Translations under genes and position numbers: made by a program
In this document: piece by piece, positions 8,123 through 10,572 of the stretch
How the letters are laid out: each line of letters starts with the position of its first letter
Position numbering within the stretch: the first letter of the stretch is position 1
Origin: Fonticula alba ATCC 38817
Taxonomy: Eukaryota > Protista > Nucleariida
Reading direction: 5' to 3' (one strand)
Assembly: GCA_000388065.2 (NCBI GenBank)
Contig: KB932203.1
Length of the DNA: 10,572 bases
Notes under the pieces: model-generated
The model's input: only the letters and a program-made list of their open reading frames with translations
Told to the model about the DNA's origin: nothing
The model's database searches: none

Positions 8123-9794
8123 GGAGAGAGAGGGAGAGTACATGTGTACATGTGTCAACAAAAGGCAACATGAAGGAGATGCCCCGGAGGCGGGTCTATG
8201 CGTCGGAGGAAGGCAGCAGGGATGAAGGGCAATTGGCCTGCAGAACGCACCCATGGCCACGTAAACGAAGCCGCCAGCGGTGAAGGGCATGACCCAGCCA
8301 CCGGAGCCAAGGGACTGACCGCCACCCAGGCCCCAGTTCTCAATCATCCAGCCCAGGAAAACACCGCCAAAGGCACCGATGGCCGTGCAGGCCTGCATGC
8401 GCATGGCCTGAGCACGAGTCCGACCGGCACGCACAAGGACCGCCACATCGCCGATCTCATGGGGCAACTCATGTGCCAGGACGGCCAGGGTGGTGGTGAT
8501 CCCAAGGGCCGGGCCGCCCCGGTGGAAGGCCGCATACAGGGCCAGACCATCGGTGGTATTGTGCGCCAGGTCGGCCGCAAGGTTCAGGAGGCTTGCAATG
8601 CGCAGGGACTGCAGACTGGCCGAAGGCTCGGCAGGAGCCAGAGAGGTGTTCTTGCTGTCGGCGGTGGCCTTGTCGTCCTTGGGAGTCTTGGCATTCGCGG
8701 GGGCATCCTTGGCGGTACTCTTGGTCGAGTTCTTGCCCTCGGTGCTGTGCGAGTGCGAGTGCGAGTGCGAGTGGCCGTGGCCGCCGCTGGAAATGCGCAT
8801 GATCTTCTCAATCAGGAAGAAAACCACAATACCAGCCAGCAAGGCCAAACCCACCGCAAGACCCTGCTGGTGGGGGTCCTCAGCACCATGGTCACCATGA
8901 GAGTGCGAGTGCGAGTGGCCGTGGCCGCCATGAGAATGCGAGTGGCCGTGGTCACCGTGGTCACCGTGGGAGTGGGGAGCCTGCAGCGGTGCATGGATGT
9001 ACGTGTGTAGGGGGGGGGGGAGAGAGAGGAGGATGGGAGGGGAATCCGGGTGCCGAGGGCGAAAGAAGGGAGGCCACGTCGTTAGAGGAGGGGCGAAGGG
9101 GCAGGGAGGATGCATCGGCGCGGTGCAGCACGAAGGATTGACGCACAAAGGCATGAGGGAGCAAGTGCAGGAAGACATCACCCATGAGACCACCAATGGC
9201 AAAGCCCAGCAGCAGGCGCAGCCAGCGTGAGGCCGGCGGGGCCTCCGACCCGTCAACCTCCTTCGGGACGCTGGTATCGAAGGGGATGAACTGCAGGATG
9301 GTGTGGGGGAAGATGGACACAATGGCAATGGCCACCAGGGCGTTGGCCAGCGGCGAGCAGCAGAAGGCCGGGATCGAGGCACGGCCGCCGAAAATCGGCA
9401 CCCAGGTCAGATCGTTGAGCATGTTCAGCACCTCCACGCCAAAGGAGTTGGAGACGGGCAGGACATTGGCATGGGAGTGCGTGTGATCGGCGACCTTGTC
9501 AGCCGTGGTGGCTGAAGGAGGAGTGACATGCTTATGCCCGTGGTCGTGGTGGTGGTCATGGTGGTGGTGGTGGTGACCATGATCATGGCCATGGTGGTGG
9601 TGGTGATGATGATGATGACCATGAGAACAGGTATGCCCGTCATGATGGTGATGATGGTGGTGCCCATTGTGTGCCAAGACCACACCGATCAGTGACAAAC
9701 AAAGGAGCAGGGCAACCAGCAACGCGACCAGAGGGGGCCGGGTGGCCGAGGGTCGCCGGCGGGGGCGCACGGGCCGCTGCGGCGAAATACGCAT
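7910..9794 (-). CDS. SLC39A7: ZIP family zinc transporter, LIV-1 subfamily, ZIP7/KE4/Catsup-like, 3 exons, about 510 aa
   Basis: Exons on the minus strand are 9794-9147, 8980-8251 and 8064-7910 (sum 1533 nt = 510 aa + TAG). The protein has a signal-peptide-like N-terminus (PLVALLVALLLCLSLIGVVLA), a His-rich ectodomain, the TM2 motif GGLMGDVFLHLLPH, LAGIVVFFLIEK, TM4 HNTTDG (8563-8546), the LIV-1 signature HELPHEIGD (8473-8447) and PFTAGGFVYVA. The family call is strong. The symbol is assigned by motif similarity, not by phylogeny. Confidence 0.92.
8065..8250 (-). other. Intron 2 of ZIP gene (186 nt, phase 1)
   Basis: GTGCGT donor and GGCAG acceptor on the minus strand. The join G|TT restores GGFVYVAMVGILPTL, matching the usual GGFIYIAxVxxLP pattern. 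Confidence 0.85.
8084..8138. repeat. Compound (GT)9(GA)n microsatellite (intronic; CT/CA on the sense strand)
   Basis: (GT)9 followed by (GA)10 and a degenerate GA continuation. Confidence 0.88.
8981..9146 (-). other. Intron 1 of ZIP gene (166 nt, phase 0)
   Basis: GTGCGT donor, sense-strand C11 run, CTGCAG acceptor. The join gives HLLPHAF|APHSHGDHG and reconciles the two ORF frames. Confidence 0.88.
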
Positions 9795-9824
9795 AGCGGC
9801 AGGGGAGGGGAGGGAGGAAAGGGG

Positions 9825-9995
9825 NNNNNNNNNNNNNNNNNNNNNNNNNNNNNNNNNNNNNNNNNNNNNNNNNNNNNNNNNNNNNNNNNNNNNNNNNNNN
9901 NNNNNNNNNNNNNNNNNNNNNNNNNNNNNNNNNNNNNNNNNNNNNNNNNNNNNNNNNNNNNNNNNNNNNNNNNNNNNNNNNNNNNNNNNNNNNNN
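9825..9995. other. Assembly gap (171 N)
   Basis: Run of N starting 31 nt upstream of the ZIP ATG. Confidence 0.99.
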
Positions 9996-10572
9996 CGGTG
10001 CTGGACCGGATCGAGCTCCGGCCCACCAGCCGCGGGCCAACAACCGACGGGACCACCCAAGAGAGATACCCACCAACAGCGGGGAAGCGCCGGGGAGATA
10101 TCCCTCTGGCCGCGAGAAACGGGGGCGTCGTCATATCCCTTCTCAACAGCACCTCCTCCTGGCAGGCAAACACCAGACAGGGGCTCAGCCGACGTCGGAA
10201 GCCGAAAAAAACAGACCCCTCACATACACACACACCAACGAATTGGACTGCCGGCGGATCGGCCCGTCGGGGGTATCACGCATGGGGTCATGTGCCGAGA
10301 CGATCACGGGCCATGCGCCCTAAAGATCGCCAAATAACCCGGCCATCGGCAGAGACCCCACGCCTTAGCTTCCCACGCTGGGGATTCTTCGCCCGAGGGC
10401 GGAATGCTTCTTCGGAACGTTGTCCTCCCGACCGGCCGGGTGGGGGATCAAGCGCCACAGTGCCTTGTCAGGGAGGGGGGGTATGGAAATGGATCTCTTT
10501 CCATGCAAATACAGCCCGTTAGCTGGGGGGGGGGGCCGCCGAGGATGCATTGCCCTCCTAGGTTCGCCACGG

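Noticed and set aside
8198-9685. + strand ORFs over the ZIP gene with RVRVRV or poly-Met/Thr/Ile stretches
   Set aside because: These are antisense or off-frame read-outs of the His-rich repeats.
2971-9794. Functional link between the 7TM-RGS and the adjacent zinc transporter (zinc-sensing module)
   Set aside because: Adjacency of convergent genes in a compact eukaryotic genome is not evidence of a shared pathway, and no shared regulatory element is visible. Conserved synteny or co-expression would be needed.
9996-10572. Possible ncRNA or further exon upstream of the ZIP gene
   Set aside because: No recognisable RNA family motif, convincing splice pair or protein similarity. It is most simply promoter or 5' UTR.

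Overview
GC-rich eukaryotic genomic DNA with spliceosomal introns, long C/G homopolymers, microsatellites and three N gaps (1111-1450, 4940-5102, 9825-9995). The style is reminiscent of a GC-rich protist such as Fonticula alba, but that is inference and cannot be proven from the window. Two convergent, intron-containing genes can be reconstructed with phase-consistent GT-AG splicing. (1) A + strand, 5-exon gene (2971-7067, about 1077 aa) encodes a seven-transmembrane receptor-like protein fused to an RGS domain (7TM-RGS). Its RGS box is split by a ~138-aa low-complexity insertion, lacks several canonical GAP-contact residues, and is followed by a ~430-aa disordered Ser/acidic tail. (2) A - strand, 3-exon gene (9794-7910, about 510 aa) encodes a LIV-1 subfamily ZIP zinc transporter of the ZIP7/KE4/Catsup type with very His-rich segments. 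The first ~2.9 kb holds no recognisable protein, and its long ORFs look like GC artefacts. No rRNA, tRNA, CRISPR or mobile element is supported. The 7TM-RGS gene is the most interesting element.
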